From Bacteroidota bacterium (GTDB lineage Bacteria; Bacteroidota; Bacteroidia; Bacteroidales; WCHB1-69), in contig JAKIZI010000005.1 in assembly GCA_022708105.1 (NCBI GenBank), forward strand, positions 2,820 through 66,819: 64,000 nt of DNA, read 5' to 3'. A program made the position numbers and the translations under genes. The notes below the pieces were generated by a model. That model ran no database searches. It had not been told where the DNA came from and worked only from the letters and a program-made list of their open reading frames with translations. Below, in pieces: positions 55,116 through 63,813 of this stretch (positions are counted from its first letter, which is position 1; each line of letters begins with the position of its first letter).

Positions 55116-56075
55116 TTAATAATAGATATTATTTTTTGTGTTTAATATATGTGCTGTTTCCTGAATAAAATGGTTTAACTCATTAATTCTAAAGATTCTT
55201 TTTTGTTCCTCTTCATCCAGTTGAAAAGCAACAGAGAGATAATGCCACAACTCTTTGAGGTTGGCAAGTGCGCCCTTTTCGTTGCGATGTTCGCGAAGTG
55301 TTTCTATTAAATCTCCATAAAAGTTGATTAGCCGTTGGGAATAAGGGGAAGCATCTTCTGTCGGTTTTTCCGACATAGCAACTATTTGCTCCGCCAAAAA
55401 AGGATTTTGCAAAATCCCGCGACCTAACATCCAATCTTGAATTTTCGGAAAGCGTGACGAGAGTTGCTGGAATATTTCCACTGAATTAATATCTCCGCTA
55501 TATACAATCGGATGCAATGACATTTGGGACCTCTCTTCAAACGCTTCCCAATCAGGAACTCCTTCATATTGTTGAATACCTAAACGGGGATGTATTACCA
55601 AAAAATCGAGGGGATAATTATTGATTCTATGGATAATATCGAGGCTCTCCGAAGCATCATACAAACCAAGTCTCATTTTTAGGGATAAGTGACAAGACGT
55701 TTGCTGCGTTGTTAATCGCACCACATCTTCAACCATTTGAGGATAAGGCATTAAACCGCAACCTCTCTTTTTTCGGGTTATTTGAGCTGCAGGACAACCG
55801 ATATTCCAATTAATCTGTTCATAGCCCAAATCCATCAACGCCCTTACCGTATCCACAAAGTGGGTGGGATTATTCCCAATGAGTTGCGGAATAATTTTCA
55901 TTCCCTGATTGTTCTCGGGGAGCACATCCGTCCAACGCTTTACTCTTAGTTTAGTTACCTCCTGAATAGGCAAAAACGGCGTAATCGCCGTTTTGATTGT
56001 CTTAGTATGTCTATAGAGACAATTTCTAAAATGATAAAGGGTTATTCCGTGAAGCGGAGCCAACCAAAGCCTCAT
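55116..56075 (-). CDS. tRNA-dihydrouridine synthase family protein
   Basis: LAPLHGIT, NIGCPA and IHPR motifs of Dus TIM-barrel flavoenzymes. Start set at ATG 56075 (the ORF track uses TTG 56084). Confidence 0.8.
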   Translation of the reverse strand: MRLWLAPLHGITLYHFRNCLYRHTKTIKTAITPFLPIQEVTKLRVKRWTDVLPENNQGMKIIPQLIGNNPTHFVDTVRALMDLGYEQINWNIGCPAAQITRKKRGCGLMPYPQMVEDVVRLTTQQTSCHLSLKMRLGLYDASESLDIIHRINNYPLDFLVIHPRLGIQQYEGVPDWEAFEERSQMSLHPIVYSGDINSVEIFQQLSSRFPKIQDWMLGRGILQNPFLAEQIVAMSEKPTEDASPYSQRLINFYGDLIETLREHRNEKGALANLKELWHYLSVAFQLDEEEQKRIFRINELNHFIQETAHILNTKNNIYY

Positions 56076-56076
56076 T

Positions 56077-57015
56077 TTACTCAATTACCACTTTTTGATA
56101 AGAAACTTTGTTATCTTGAGTAACTTGCAAAAGATAGGTTCCGGCAGATAAATGAGCAACCGGAATAGAAGCATTCTCAGTTAATTTTTCTAATTGCAAA
56201 ACCTTACGTCCTGACAAATCGAACATTTCAACAGTAAATGCTCCAATTTCCTGTGTGTGAATGGTAATAACATCTGAAGACGGATTTGGAGTTACCGAAA
56301 ATGAAAATGAATTGAATTCCTTAATGCCGGATGGGGTTTCCACAGAAATATCATCAACAAACAATTCTGCTTCTCCACAATTATATCCTGCAGCGGTAGA
56401 AAAAATAATATTGAGATTTTCAGGAGTTTCACCGTCAATAAGAACCTCAATAGGGATCGTCACTTCGGTGTAATCATTCATCGCATTGTTGTTATAATAT
56501 AAACCTTGTGCTACAATTTGATCCCCTGTCAACTCATTGTGTTTGGTTAAATAAACTGCAATTAGCATTGTATCTGTTACATTTCCGTCGGGAATAAATT
56601 TTACCCATGCTTTCACATTAATAGGAATTTGAGTAAAAGGAACACCTCCACCCATCATTCGAGCAAGATCTAAATCGTATTGTTGTGACATTACCATACT
56701 GATAATAGTATCAATATTAAATTCGCCTAACTGACAAAGACCGGGCACCTGAAATGTTTGGCTCATCGCCGAAATAGTTTGGCGTTGCAGTTGCATTGCG
56801 TATGAACCCGAATGAGCATCGGTAGTTTGAGTTCCCGCACTGTAGCTTACCGGAATAAATCCCATAATGGTAGTTGAAAAACTTGAATTCCAATCAGTAG
56901 CATTGCTGTTTGATTCCCAATTTTCAAAACCGGGATTTGGAATAACATTTTGTGCTGTCACAGAAAAATGGAGCATAAAAACACTTAGAAATGAGATCAA
57001 TAAGAACTTTTTCAT
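56077..57015 (-). CDS. T9SS C-terminal-domain (type A sorting) secreted protein
   Basis: Signal peptide. C-terminal domain of about 80 aa, VTPNPSSDVITIH...VEMFDLSGRKVL...LSAGTYLLQV...KVVIE, typical of Por/T9SS CTDs. Confidence 0.8.
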   Translation of the reverse strand: MKKFLLISFLSVFMLHFSVTAQNVIPNPGFENWESNSNATDWNSSFSTTIMGFIPVSYSAGTQTTDAHSGSYAMQLQRQTISAMSQTFQVPGLCQLGEFNIDTIISMVMSQQYDLDLARMMGGGVPFTQIPINVKAWVKFIPDGNVTDTMLIAVYLTKHNELTGDQIVAQGLYYNNNAMNDYTEVTIPIEVLIDGETPENLNIIFSTAAGYNCGEAELFVDDISVETPSGIKEFNSFSFSVTPNPSSDVITIHTQEIGAFTVEMFDLSGRKVLQLEKLTENASIPVAHLSAGTYLLQVTQDNKVSYQKVVIE

Positions 57016-57041
57016 TTTATTACAAATTATTATTATTAAAA

Positions 57042-57356
57042 TTACATTAATGCATCAAACTTCTTAGCAAGAACATTCTTCGGTGCCAATCCGACATGAA
57101 GATCTTTAATTTCTCCATTTTTAATAAATACCAACTGAGGAATACTTCTCACTTGAAAACGAATCGCCAAATCATTATTTTGATCCGTATCACATTTGGT
57201 AACCACCACTTTTCCTTTATATTCTTCAGACAATTCCTCCATAATGGGACCCATAGCTCTACAAGGGCCGCACCATGGTGCCCAAAAATCAATAACCACC
57301 AATTTATCGGTCTTTATCACAGACTCGAAGTTGCTTTCGTTAATTTCTAATACCAT
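57042..57356 (-). CDS. trxA: thioredoxin
   Basis: 104 aa, WAPWCGPC active site. Confidence 0.95.
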   Translation of the reverse strand: MVLEINESNFESVIKTDKLVVIDFWAPWCGPCRAMGPIMEELSEEYKGKVVVTKCDTDQNNDLAIRFQVRSIPQLVFIKNGEIKDLHVGLAPKNVLAKKFDALM

Positions 57357-57395
57357 TTTCTTTGTTTTTTTAATTAATAAATTTATTTAAAGAAG

Positions 57396-57403
57396 CAAAA
57401 ATA
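57396..57403 (-). promoter_or_regulatory. putative -7 box (TAnnTTTG) for trxA
   Basis: Plus-strand CAAAAATA equals TATTTTTG on the minus strand, 40 nt upstream of the ATG at 57356. Confidence 0.4.
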
Positions 57404-57561
57404 CAAAAAATATTTACTTCATTTTATGCTGTTATCTTTTTTTTATTCTCTTATTCGATTAATAATTCTTCAAATTCAAGATTTGATTCATATATACATT
57501 AATCAACAACAAAATGTTCATTATTATCACAAAAAAAGAAGAAATTTTAAAGTCATTCCTT

Positions 57562-57569
57562 TACTTTTG
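57562..57569 (+). promoter_or_regulatory. putative -7 box (TAnnTTTG)
   Basis: TACTTTTG, 21 nt upstream of the ATG at 57590. Confidence 0.45.
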
Positions 57570-57589
57570 TAAAAATATACTCATTTTTC

Positions 57590-58690
57590 ATGAAACTATC
57601 ATTAAGTGCTATTCAGGAAAAAATTAAATTCAAAGGGGACCCCATCATCCTTTTCATTACTATTATTCTATCTTTAATTTCTCTATATGCCGTTTATAGT
57701 TCTACCGGCAACATCACCTCTCATTTTTTCCATCTTGTTATCTGCTATGTATTAATGTTTCTTACTTATCGGATTGACTATAAACTTTTGTCCGCTTTTT
57801 CACAATTATTTATCATCATTGCGGGAATATTACTCATTCTGACCATAACTACCGGAGGAGAAGACAATCGTGGAATTTCCCTTGGATTTATGGAATTTCA
57901 GACCTTTTATCTCATTGGGTTTTTGGTAATTTTCTTCATTTCAAAGTACATAGGAAGTATATTAAATAAAGAGGAAGAGTTATCTAAAAAAAATAGTTAT
58001 GTTTTGATCGGCATTATTCTCTTCTTTTGCGGAGGGATTGCCACAACCAACATCTCTACCGCAATTATTTTATTGGCAACCAGTACAATTGTTTTATTTA
58101 TCGGAACAATCCGATTAAAATATATATTATGCTTGCTTTCTGTTGTCATTTTGGGAGGAACTTTATTTTTATACACAGGCTTTGGTCGTGGGGAGACGTT
58201 TAAGGGGCGTGTTCAGTTTTATCTGACAGAAGACAATTCAAAAGGTTACGGAGATCAGATTATTTTAGCAAAAGCAGCCATCGCACGGTCGGGGTTTAAA
58301 CCTACAGGTCCCGGACAAGGAGTAATCAAAAACGCACTTCCCGAAAAAGAGACCGATTATGTTTATGCAACGGTTTTCGAAGAAACCGGTATTCTTGTCG
58401 GATTTTGGATTTTATTCAGTTACCTCATCCTATTTACTCGAGCATGGAAAATTTCCAGAGATAATGAAGGGGCCTTTGCAAAACTTTTGGCCATTGGTAT
58501 TGGCTTTTGGTTTTCGTGCCAAGGATTGGTGCACATTGCGGTGAATACGGAGTTATTCCCGGCAACGGGACAAACATTGCCATTTATCAGCCGGGGAGGT
58601 TCTTCACTATTCACCTCCGGAATTATGATTGGCGTGTTGCTCAATATCAGCAAAAATAGAAAATCAAATCCAAAAAAACAATTGTCATAA
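57590..58690 (+). CDS. FtsW/RodA/SpoVE (SEDS) family peptidoglycan glycosyltransferase
   Basis: 366 aa, polytopic. ETDYVYATVFEETG and LPFISRGGSS motifs. I cannot tell FtsW from RodA. Confidence 0.85.
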   Translation: MKLSLSAIQEKIKFKGDPIILFITIILSLISLYAVYSSTGNITSHFFHLVICYVLMFLTYRIDYKLLSAFSQLFIIIAGILLILTITTGGEDNRGISLGFMEFQTFYLIGFLVIFFISKYIGSILNKEEELSKKNSYVLIGIILFFCGGIATTNISTAIILLATSTIVLFIGTIRLKYILCLLSVVILGGTLFLYTGFGRGETFKGRVQFYLTEDNSKGYGDQIILAKAAIARSGFKPTGPGQGVIKNALPEKETDYVYATVFEETGILVGFWILFSYLILFTRAWKISRDNEGAFAKLLAIGIGFWFSCQGLVHIAVNTELFPATGQTLPFISRGGSSLFTSGIMIGVLLNISKNRKSNPKKQLS

Positions 58691-60940
58691 AGACATCGGT
58701 ATAGATAATTCAATACCCACTTCAGGCTTTGGTAAATCAGATTTATTTATAAAAATATTTGATAATCTATATTGGGCATAAATAGCAATAAGTTCAAATC
58801 CCAGTCTCGCACGAACACCCCATTGGAAAGGAGCTACAAAATCAAGTTTTTTTCTTGTTTCGGTATAGATAATATTATTCACTTCTTTCTTCATGAAGTG
58901 TTTATTCCCAAAAATCCACGAACCATATATTCCGGCATCAAAATAGAGTCCCATTCCGAACATCTCCGCCGGAGCTAATCGGAATCGTTGATAAAATTCG
59001 AGATTCAACATCGTTGTCTTCACATATTCTTTATTGTAAGTGATGGTCGGAACATCAAGTCCCCGCACACTAAACCAGGTGGAGCCCACTTCGAGATTAG
59101 CTCCAAGATTGTACCATTTACATACATTTCCTTTAAAGCGAATTCCAAAAAGGAAGGATTCGGATCTTCCATAATTAACATCATATTGGTCCGAAGCAAA
59201 CGGCGGAAGCACAAAACCCCATGCCAAATAGGGATGAATGTAATATTTTGCCAATGGTCCGAATGACGATGTTTTATAATTTTTTGCAGGGGCACGTTCA
59301 AGCAGATAATTAAAATTTTGGGTGTCATATTTGTCGGGAAGCCATTGTGCCGGCTCTTCTTGTCCAAAAGAAAAAGTTTTCACCTCATCATGAAAGCGAA
59401 CCATCAAACGCTCTCCTTGATGAAACCGATTTTTGTCAATAGCAAAGGCGGACGGAACCTGTCTGATAAATTCAACTTGCCAGTATGCTTCCAGAGTACC
59501 TTCCGAATTTTGGATATGAGCGAGCAGTACATTTTCCTGTAAATCATCAGGATGAACTAGAATATAAATAGAGTTTTCGTCTTGCATAAACTGAATGGCC
59601 GGAGTTTTGGAAGCAAGGAAAGTTTTCTGAACGTTCAAAAAATAGTCGGCCTGAGGCACCCCATAGCCGTATGCATAATCAAAATAGGGATAATGGTCTG
59701 CCGATTTTTCCACTTCTGCTTTGATTTCCATGGCCGTCATATTCGGTCGGGTTTGCCACGCACACGCAACAAAACCGGCAACAAGGGGACTCGAAAAAGA
59801 GGTTCCTGAAGCAGAAGTATAGCCGCCTTTAGGATGAGCAACGCGAGCCGTTCCAAACGCAGACACATTGGGTTTCATTCTACCGTCGTACGTTGGACCG
59901 TAAGAACTGAAATTGATATGCTCGTTGGTTTCTGGCTCAATTCCTCCCACGGAAAGGACACTATCGGCATCTGCAGGAGTAATCAATACGCGCCATGCCT
60001 TGTCCATTCCCTCATTGCCCATAGAGTTACACACCAGCATTCCTTTGGCGGCAGCCATATTGGCAGCTTTGCTCACCAAAGATTTCTTTCCGTCCATATC
60101 CTTAGGATTATATCGTGACTTTCCGTATCCCAAAGAACTGTTAATTACATCTGCCCCATTTTTATCCGCCCATTCTACTGCTTGCATCCACCACACTTCC
60201 TCTTTAGCCGGCTCAAGACCGATTTCTGTTCGCGCCAATAGAAATTCAGCCCCGGTAGCCAATCCCATTTTCTTCCCATTTTCCATACCGGCAATACAAC
60301 TCAGCACCATCGTTCCATGCGAATTCCATCCGTACACATTCTCTTTTTTGGCAGGAAAATTCCATGTTTTGAGAATCTGATTATTTTTACGTAAATGAGC
60401 GAATGCGCGATGTTTATCCACCCCCGGGAAACCACCGTCAAACACGGCAATACGAATCCCCTTTCCATCAATCTGATTCTGAACAAACAATTCCCCGTTA
60501 AATCGTTGCACCTGCTCGAGCAGTTCATCAATCGATTCCGCCTTCTCCTCTTCGTACATTATATGTTCATCGGAAGACGATGCCAATACCGCATCATTAT
60601 CAATCAATTCCACTTCTTTAACAAAAGGAAAACTTCTAATAATCTCCAGAGACGCTTCGTCAACAACAACAGCCACGGCATTAAACCAACGGGTTTCTCC
60701 GACAACCTCCTCCGATAAGTCCGCAATAGCTGCTTTGTAACTGTCGTTGAGTGGATAATCGGAGAGCTCATACAGCGAAATATGATTCAATTCACGCCTT
60801 TCAATTGCTTTTGCATCAAAATAGGCATACGGGTCAAAAGTTACGTTGGCTTTATCCGTAAAGAAAACCCAATAAGTTTGTTGGGCAAAGAGCATTTCTC
60901 CAATCAACAAAACAGAAAACAACAGTACTATTCTTTTCAT
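58685..60940 (-). CDS. S8 family (subtilisin-like) serine peptidase with a C-terminal beta-barrel-like domain
   Basis: 751 aa. Signal peptide. Catalytic triad contexts IAVFDGGF (D), NSHGTMVLS (H) and SGTSFSSPLVAG (S). The C-terminal region of about 220 aa shows an alternating hydrophobic pattern. TGA stop overlaps the SEDS gene stop by 6 nt. Confidence 0.85.
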   Translation of the reverse strand: MKRIVLLFSVLLIGEMLFAQQTYWVFFTDKANVTFDPYAYFDAKAIERRELNHISLYELSDYPLNDSYKAAIADLSEEVVGETRWFNAVAVVVDEASLEIIRSFPFVKEVELIDNDAVLASSSDEHIMYEEEKAESIDELLEQVQRFNGELFVQNQIDGKGIRIAVFDGGFPGVDKHRAFAHLRKNNQILKTWNFPAKKENVYGWNSHGTMVLSCIAGMENGKKMGLATGAEFLLARTEIGLEPAKEEVWWMQAVEWADKNGADVINSSLGYGKSRYNPKDMDGKKSLVSKAANMAAAKGMLVCNSMGNEGMDKAWRVLITPADADSVLSVGGIEPETNEHINFSSYGPTYDGRMKPNVSAFGTARVAHPKGGYTSASGTSFSSPLVAGFVACAWQTRPNMTAMEIKAEVEKSADHYPYFDYAYGYGVPQADYFLNVQKTFLASKTPAIQFMQDENSIYILVHPDDLQENVLLAHIQNSEGTLEAYWQVEFIRQVPSAFAIDKNRFHQGERLMVRFHDEVKTFSFGQEEPAQWLPDKYDTQNFNYLLERAPAKNYKTSSFGPLAKYYIHPYLAWGFVLPPFASDQYDVNYGRSESFLFGIRFKGNVCKWYNLGANLEVGSTWFSVRGLDVPTITYNKEYVKTTMLNLEFYQRFRLAPAEMFGMGLYFDAGIYGSWIFGNKHFMKKEVNNIIYTETRKKLDFVAPFQWGVRARLGFELIAIYAQYRLSNIFINKSDLPKPEVGIELSIPMSL

Positions 60941-60969
60941 GATTATTTATATTTTAAATTAACAAAAAG

Positions 60970-60977
60970 CAAAAGTA
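60970..60977 (-). promoter_or_regulatory. putative -7 box (TAnnTTTG) for the S8 peptidase
   Basis: Plus-strand CAAAAGTA equals TACTTTTG on the minus strand, 30 nt upstream of the ATG at 60940. Confidence 0.4.
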
Positions 60978-61016
60978 CAAAAATTCATCATCTATTAATA
61001 TTCTTCTTTTTTATAT

Positions 61017-61114
61017 GGGCGTGCCGGCTTCGCCGCCGGCGTCCGGGTCCAAGTCCGCAGCCGGAAACCGTGATGCCGCAAAGCTGCAAAAAGAGCTTCC
61101 TCCGGTCGCTTTTT
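61017..61114. repeat. GC-rich palindromic repeat, left half (split by IS21)
   Basis: GGGCGTGCCGGCTTCGCCGCCGGCG...GATGCCGCAAAGCTGCAAAAAG.... Its arm is complementary to 63712..63735 on the other side of the IS. Confidence 0.55.
61107..61114. repeat. target site duplication (left) of the IS21-family element
   Basis: CGCTTTTT immediately 5' of TGTAAT. The same 8-mer is at 63704..63711. Confidence 0.6.
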
Positions 61115-61140
61115 TGTAATCGGTAATTTTGCACCGACAG
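61115..61140. repeat. IS21 left terminal inverted repeat
   Basis: TGTAATCGGTAATTTTGCACCGACAG, compared with the reverse complement of the right end, TGTAATCTGCAAATAAAAAACCAACA (first 7 identical, 11/14). Confidence 0.6.
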
Positions 61141-61246
61141 TTTTTGGTAAATAACAACCGACAGAAATCGGTAAATAAAAACCAACAGATTTGGGAACTA
61201 TAATCGTTAATTATCTCAAATTTGTTGCATAATAAAACCCGAAAAG

Positions 61247-62821
61247 ATGAAAGTAAGACAAATAATCAAAACCAAAACAATTATGTGGAGCAAAATTAAA
61301 GAATTATCAGATGAAGGTTATAGTAAAAGTAAGATAGCCAGAAATTTAGATATTCATCGAGACACAGTTCGTCATTATCTGTCGATGAGTGAATCAGAAT
61401 ATTATAGGTGGTTGGAAAAGAGTCATTATCGGATAAAGAAACTGGATGGTTATCGCGATCATATAAAGGCATTATTAAGGAAAGATGGGTCATTATCGTC
61501 AGCAGCCATTCACGACAGACTATTGGAGAATTATCCTGACTTACCTATAGTGAGTGAAAAGACCGTTTATAACTATGTAGAATATATTAGAAAAAGCTGT
61601 TCTCTTCCGAAAAGAGAACCTCCAAAACTACGACAATATGAGCGCCGAGAAGAGAGTCCATATGGTGAGTATGCACAAGTAGATTTTGGAGAAAAATGGA
61701 TGCAAACCATTAGTGGCAGACGCCATAAGGTATATTTTATGGTTATGGTTTTATGTCGTAGCCGATATAAGTTTTATTATTATCAAAGTCGTTCATTTAC
61801 GGCAGAGAGTGCCATTTTATCACATGATAAGGCATTTGCGTTTTTTGGAGGTCAACCGCGAAAGATAATTTATGATCAAGACTCGGTATTTATAAATAAG
61901 GAGAATCTTGGAGATTATATTCTGAGCAAAGAGTTTCAATCTTATGTATCCCAAATGGACTTTGAGCCGGTATTCTGTCGTCCCTCCGATCCTGAGAGTA
62001 AGGGAATGGTTGAAAATTATGTGAAGTATGCGAAGAGTAATTTTCTTAAAGGCCGTGAATACGTGAATGACCAACATCTTAATGACTTGTCCATGTCATG
62101 GTTGTCACGTACCGGCAATGGCAAAGTGCACTCCGTTACCCATTTAATACCGAAAGAAGAGTGGGAAAAAGAACGCCCCTATTTGATATCCTTAAAACCG
62201 GAACAACGAATAGGAGTCAAGGAGTCATTGGAGGTTCGTAATGTAATCAAAGACAATACCTTAAATTACTTTGGAAATCGTTATTCCTTGCCATTAGGGA
62301 CTTATAGGGGGCATAATACTATAGTACGGGTATCAGAGGAAAACGACAAATTATTTATTATGGATGAATACGGTGTTCTCATTGCGCAACATGATATCTG
62401 CCATTTAAAAGGTCAATTCATAAAAAACACGAGCCATGGAAGAGACCGAACACTCTCAATAGAGAAGGCAAAAAAAGAACTCATGGAAGCCTATCCTGAT
62501 GAAATAGTGCGTCTGTTTTTAGATTGTTTTCCTGCCAGTAAGTCACGTCATCTGCACGATAATATTCGCATTCTCAAAAGAGAACTTGGCGGGTTTACGG
62601 AAAAAATAAGGAAAGAGGCAATCAGGTATTGTATTGAAAACGATTTATTTAATGCATACAATGTTATAGAGGCAGCAAAAAAGATGACAGAAGAGATAAA
62701 AAGTTCAGAGTTTATTTTGTGCCCAAATATTGAAACCCACTTGCCCAGTTCAGTACAGTTGAGAGATACAACCCCAATGAAAAGTAATATCAATACTTAT
62801 ACAAACATATTAAATCAATAA
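61247..62821 (+). CDS. istA: IS21 family transposase IstA
   Basis: 524 aa. N-terminal HTH (SKSKIARNLDIHRDTVRHYL). DDE contexts AQVDFGE, IIYDQDSVF and DPESKGMVEN. The true start may be the Met at 61283 (MWSKIKEL). Confidence 0.88.
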   Translation: MKVRQIIKTKTIMWSKIKELSDEGYSKSKIARNLDIHRDTVRHYLSMSESEYYRWLEKSHYRIKKLDGYRDHIKALLRKDGSLSSAAIHDRLLENYPDLPIVSEKTVYNYVEYIRKSCSLPKREPPKLRQYERREESPYGEYAQVDFGEKWMQTISGRRHKVYFMVMVLCRSRYKFYYYQSRSFTAESAILSHDKAFAFFGGQPRKIIYDQDSVFINKENLGDYILSKEFQSYVSQMDFEPVFCRPSDPESKGMVENYVKYAKSNFLKGREYVNDQHLNDLSMSWLSRTGNGKVHSVTHLIPKEEWEKERPYLISLKPEQRIGVKESLEVRNVIKDNTLNYFGNRYSLPLGTYRGHNTIVRVSEENDKLFIMDEYGVLIAQHDICHLKGQFIKNTSHGRDRTLSIEKAKKELMEAYPDEIVRLFLDCFPASKSRHLHDNIRILKRELGGFTEKIRKEAIRYCIENDLFNAYNVIEAAKKMTEEIKSSEFILCPNIETHLPSSVQLRDTTPMKSNINTYTNILNQ

Positions 62822-62823
62822 AC

Positions 62824-63573
62824 ATGAATGATCTAAAACAAATAAAAGAATATGCCGATTATCTTAGGCTAACCAATTTACGCAATAATTTAGAAAGCCT
62901 TATCCATCAAGCACAGATAGATAATCCAACGTATATGGAATTTATACGGAATATTGTTTGTCAAGAGGTAAAACAGCGACAAAGCAGCGATCTTGACAGA
63001 CGTCGCAAATTAGCAAAATTACTCAAAAATAGCAATTTGGATGATTATGATTTTAATCATATTAATGGTCTTGACAGACAACAATTTAAGCAATTAAGAG
63101 AACTTCTTTGGGTAGAGCAAGCATACAATCTCATTCTTATGGGCCCGAGTGGCACGGGAAAATCATATATTGCTTCCGGACTGGTCAACGATGCTATAAA
63201 TAAGGGCTATAAAGCCTATTTTCTTACTATGGAAGAGCTTGTTAACATTTTAAAGACCAAAGATATGATTGCTAATTCTTTATCAGCCTACAATCGATTA
63301 ATCAAGGCAAATCTTGTCGTAATAGACGACATTATGATGTTCCCTGTAAAGAAAGTAGAAGCAACGTCATTTTTCAATTTAATAAACCACTTACATCAGC
63401 AATGTTCTGTTATCATTACTACCAATAAATCCCCTCAGCAGTGGGTAGAAGCCTTGGATGATGAAGTTTTAGTAACAGCACTTTTAGACAGACTTCTGTA
63501 TCACTGTCAAGTTATAAAATTGCAAGGAAACAGTTACAGAATGGAAAATAGAAAGGAGATCTTTGACAAATAA
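62824..63573 (+). CDS. istB: IS21 helper ATPase IstB
   Basis: 249 aa. Walker A GPSGTGKSY, Walker B LVVIDDIM, and LLDRLLYHC. Starts 2 nt after the istA stop. Confidence 0.9.
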   Translation: MNDLKQIKEYADYLRLTNLRNNLESLIHQAQIDNPTYMEFIRNIVCQEVKQRQSSDLDRRRKLAKLLKNSNLDDYDFNHINGLDRQQFKQLRELLWVEQAYNLILMGPSGTGKSYIASGLVNDAINKGYKAYFLTMEELVNILKTKDMIANSLSAYNRLIKANLVVIDDIMMFPVKKVEATSFFNLINHLHQQCSVIITTNKSPQQWVEALDDEVLVTALLDRLLYHCQVIKLQGNSYRMENRKEIFDK

Positions 63574-63584
63574 AGAATAGAAAA

Positions 63585-63629
63585 GCAGTCTTCCTTCGGT
63601 GGCTACGCCACCGAAGGAAGACTGCTTTT
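63585..63629 (+). terminator. strong hairpin terminator after istB (inside the IS)
   Basis: GCAGTCTTCCTTCGGTGGC-tac-GCCACCGAAGGAAGACTGC, a 19-bp perfect stem flanked by A4 and T4. Confidence 0.7.
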
Positions 63630-63677
63630 CTGCTCATAATCTAATTGAAAAACTGCCGAAAATTATTTACGAAAAAT

Positions 63678-63703
63678 TGTTGGTTTTTTATTTGCAGATT
63701 ACA
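63678..63703. repeat. IS21 right terminal inverted repeat
   Basis: Ends ...GCAGATTACA (reverse complement TGTAATCTGC). Confidence 0.6.
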
Positions 63704-63711
63704 CGCTTTTT
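63704..63711. repeat. target site duplication (right) of the IS21-family element
   Basis: CGCTTTTT immediately 3' of the IS end. Confidence 0.6.
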
Positions 63712-63813
63712 TGCAGCAGCGGCACATCGGCTTCCGTCTTTGCGGGCTTTCCGCCTACTGCCTCACGCCTTGGACGGCAAGGGGTTTGCGTCTTAGCGGT
63801 AATATTTTTCTGC
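63704..63813. repeat. GC-rich palindromic repeat, right half (split by IS21)
   Basis: ...TGCAGCAGCGGCACATCGGCTTCC...GGACGGCAAGGGGTTTGCGTCTTAGCGGTAATATTTTTC. It is the inverted partner of 61017..61106 and its tail resembles the tail of the 52.5-kb copy. Confidence 0.55.

Larger units (their letters stand above)
61115..63703 (+). mobile_element. IS21-family insertion sequence (2589 bp), apparently intact
   Basis: The istA/istB pair is flanked by imperfect terminal IRs starting TGTAATC. Sub-terminal TTTTT(G/C)GTAAATAA repeats occur at both ends. 8-bp direct repeats CGCTTTTT flank the element. Confidence 0.8.

Noticed and set aside
61121-61130. The shared 10-mer CGGTAATTTT between the IS21 left end and the tail of the 52.5-kb repeat copy, as evidence that the repeats are IS21-derived MITEs
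   Set aside because: Only a 10-nt match in AT-rich context, and the rest of the IS ends do not align with the repeats.
60782-61185. ORFs 60782..61126 (+) and 60988..61185 (-), plus 63599..63851 (+), with Arg/Pro/Gly-rich products
   Set aside because: They are read across the GC-rich palindromic repeat and the IS end. Their composition is repeat-derived, they lack credible starts, and they overlap one another.
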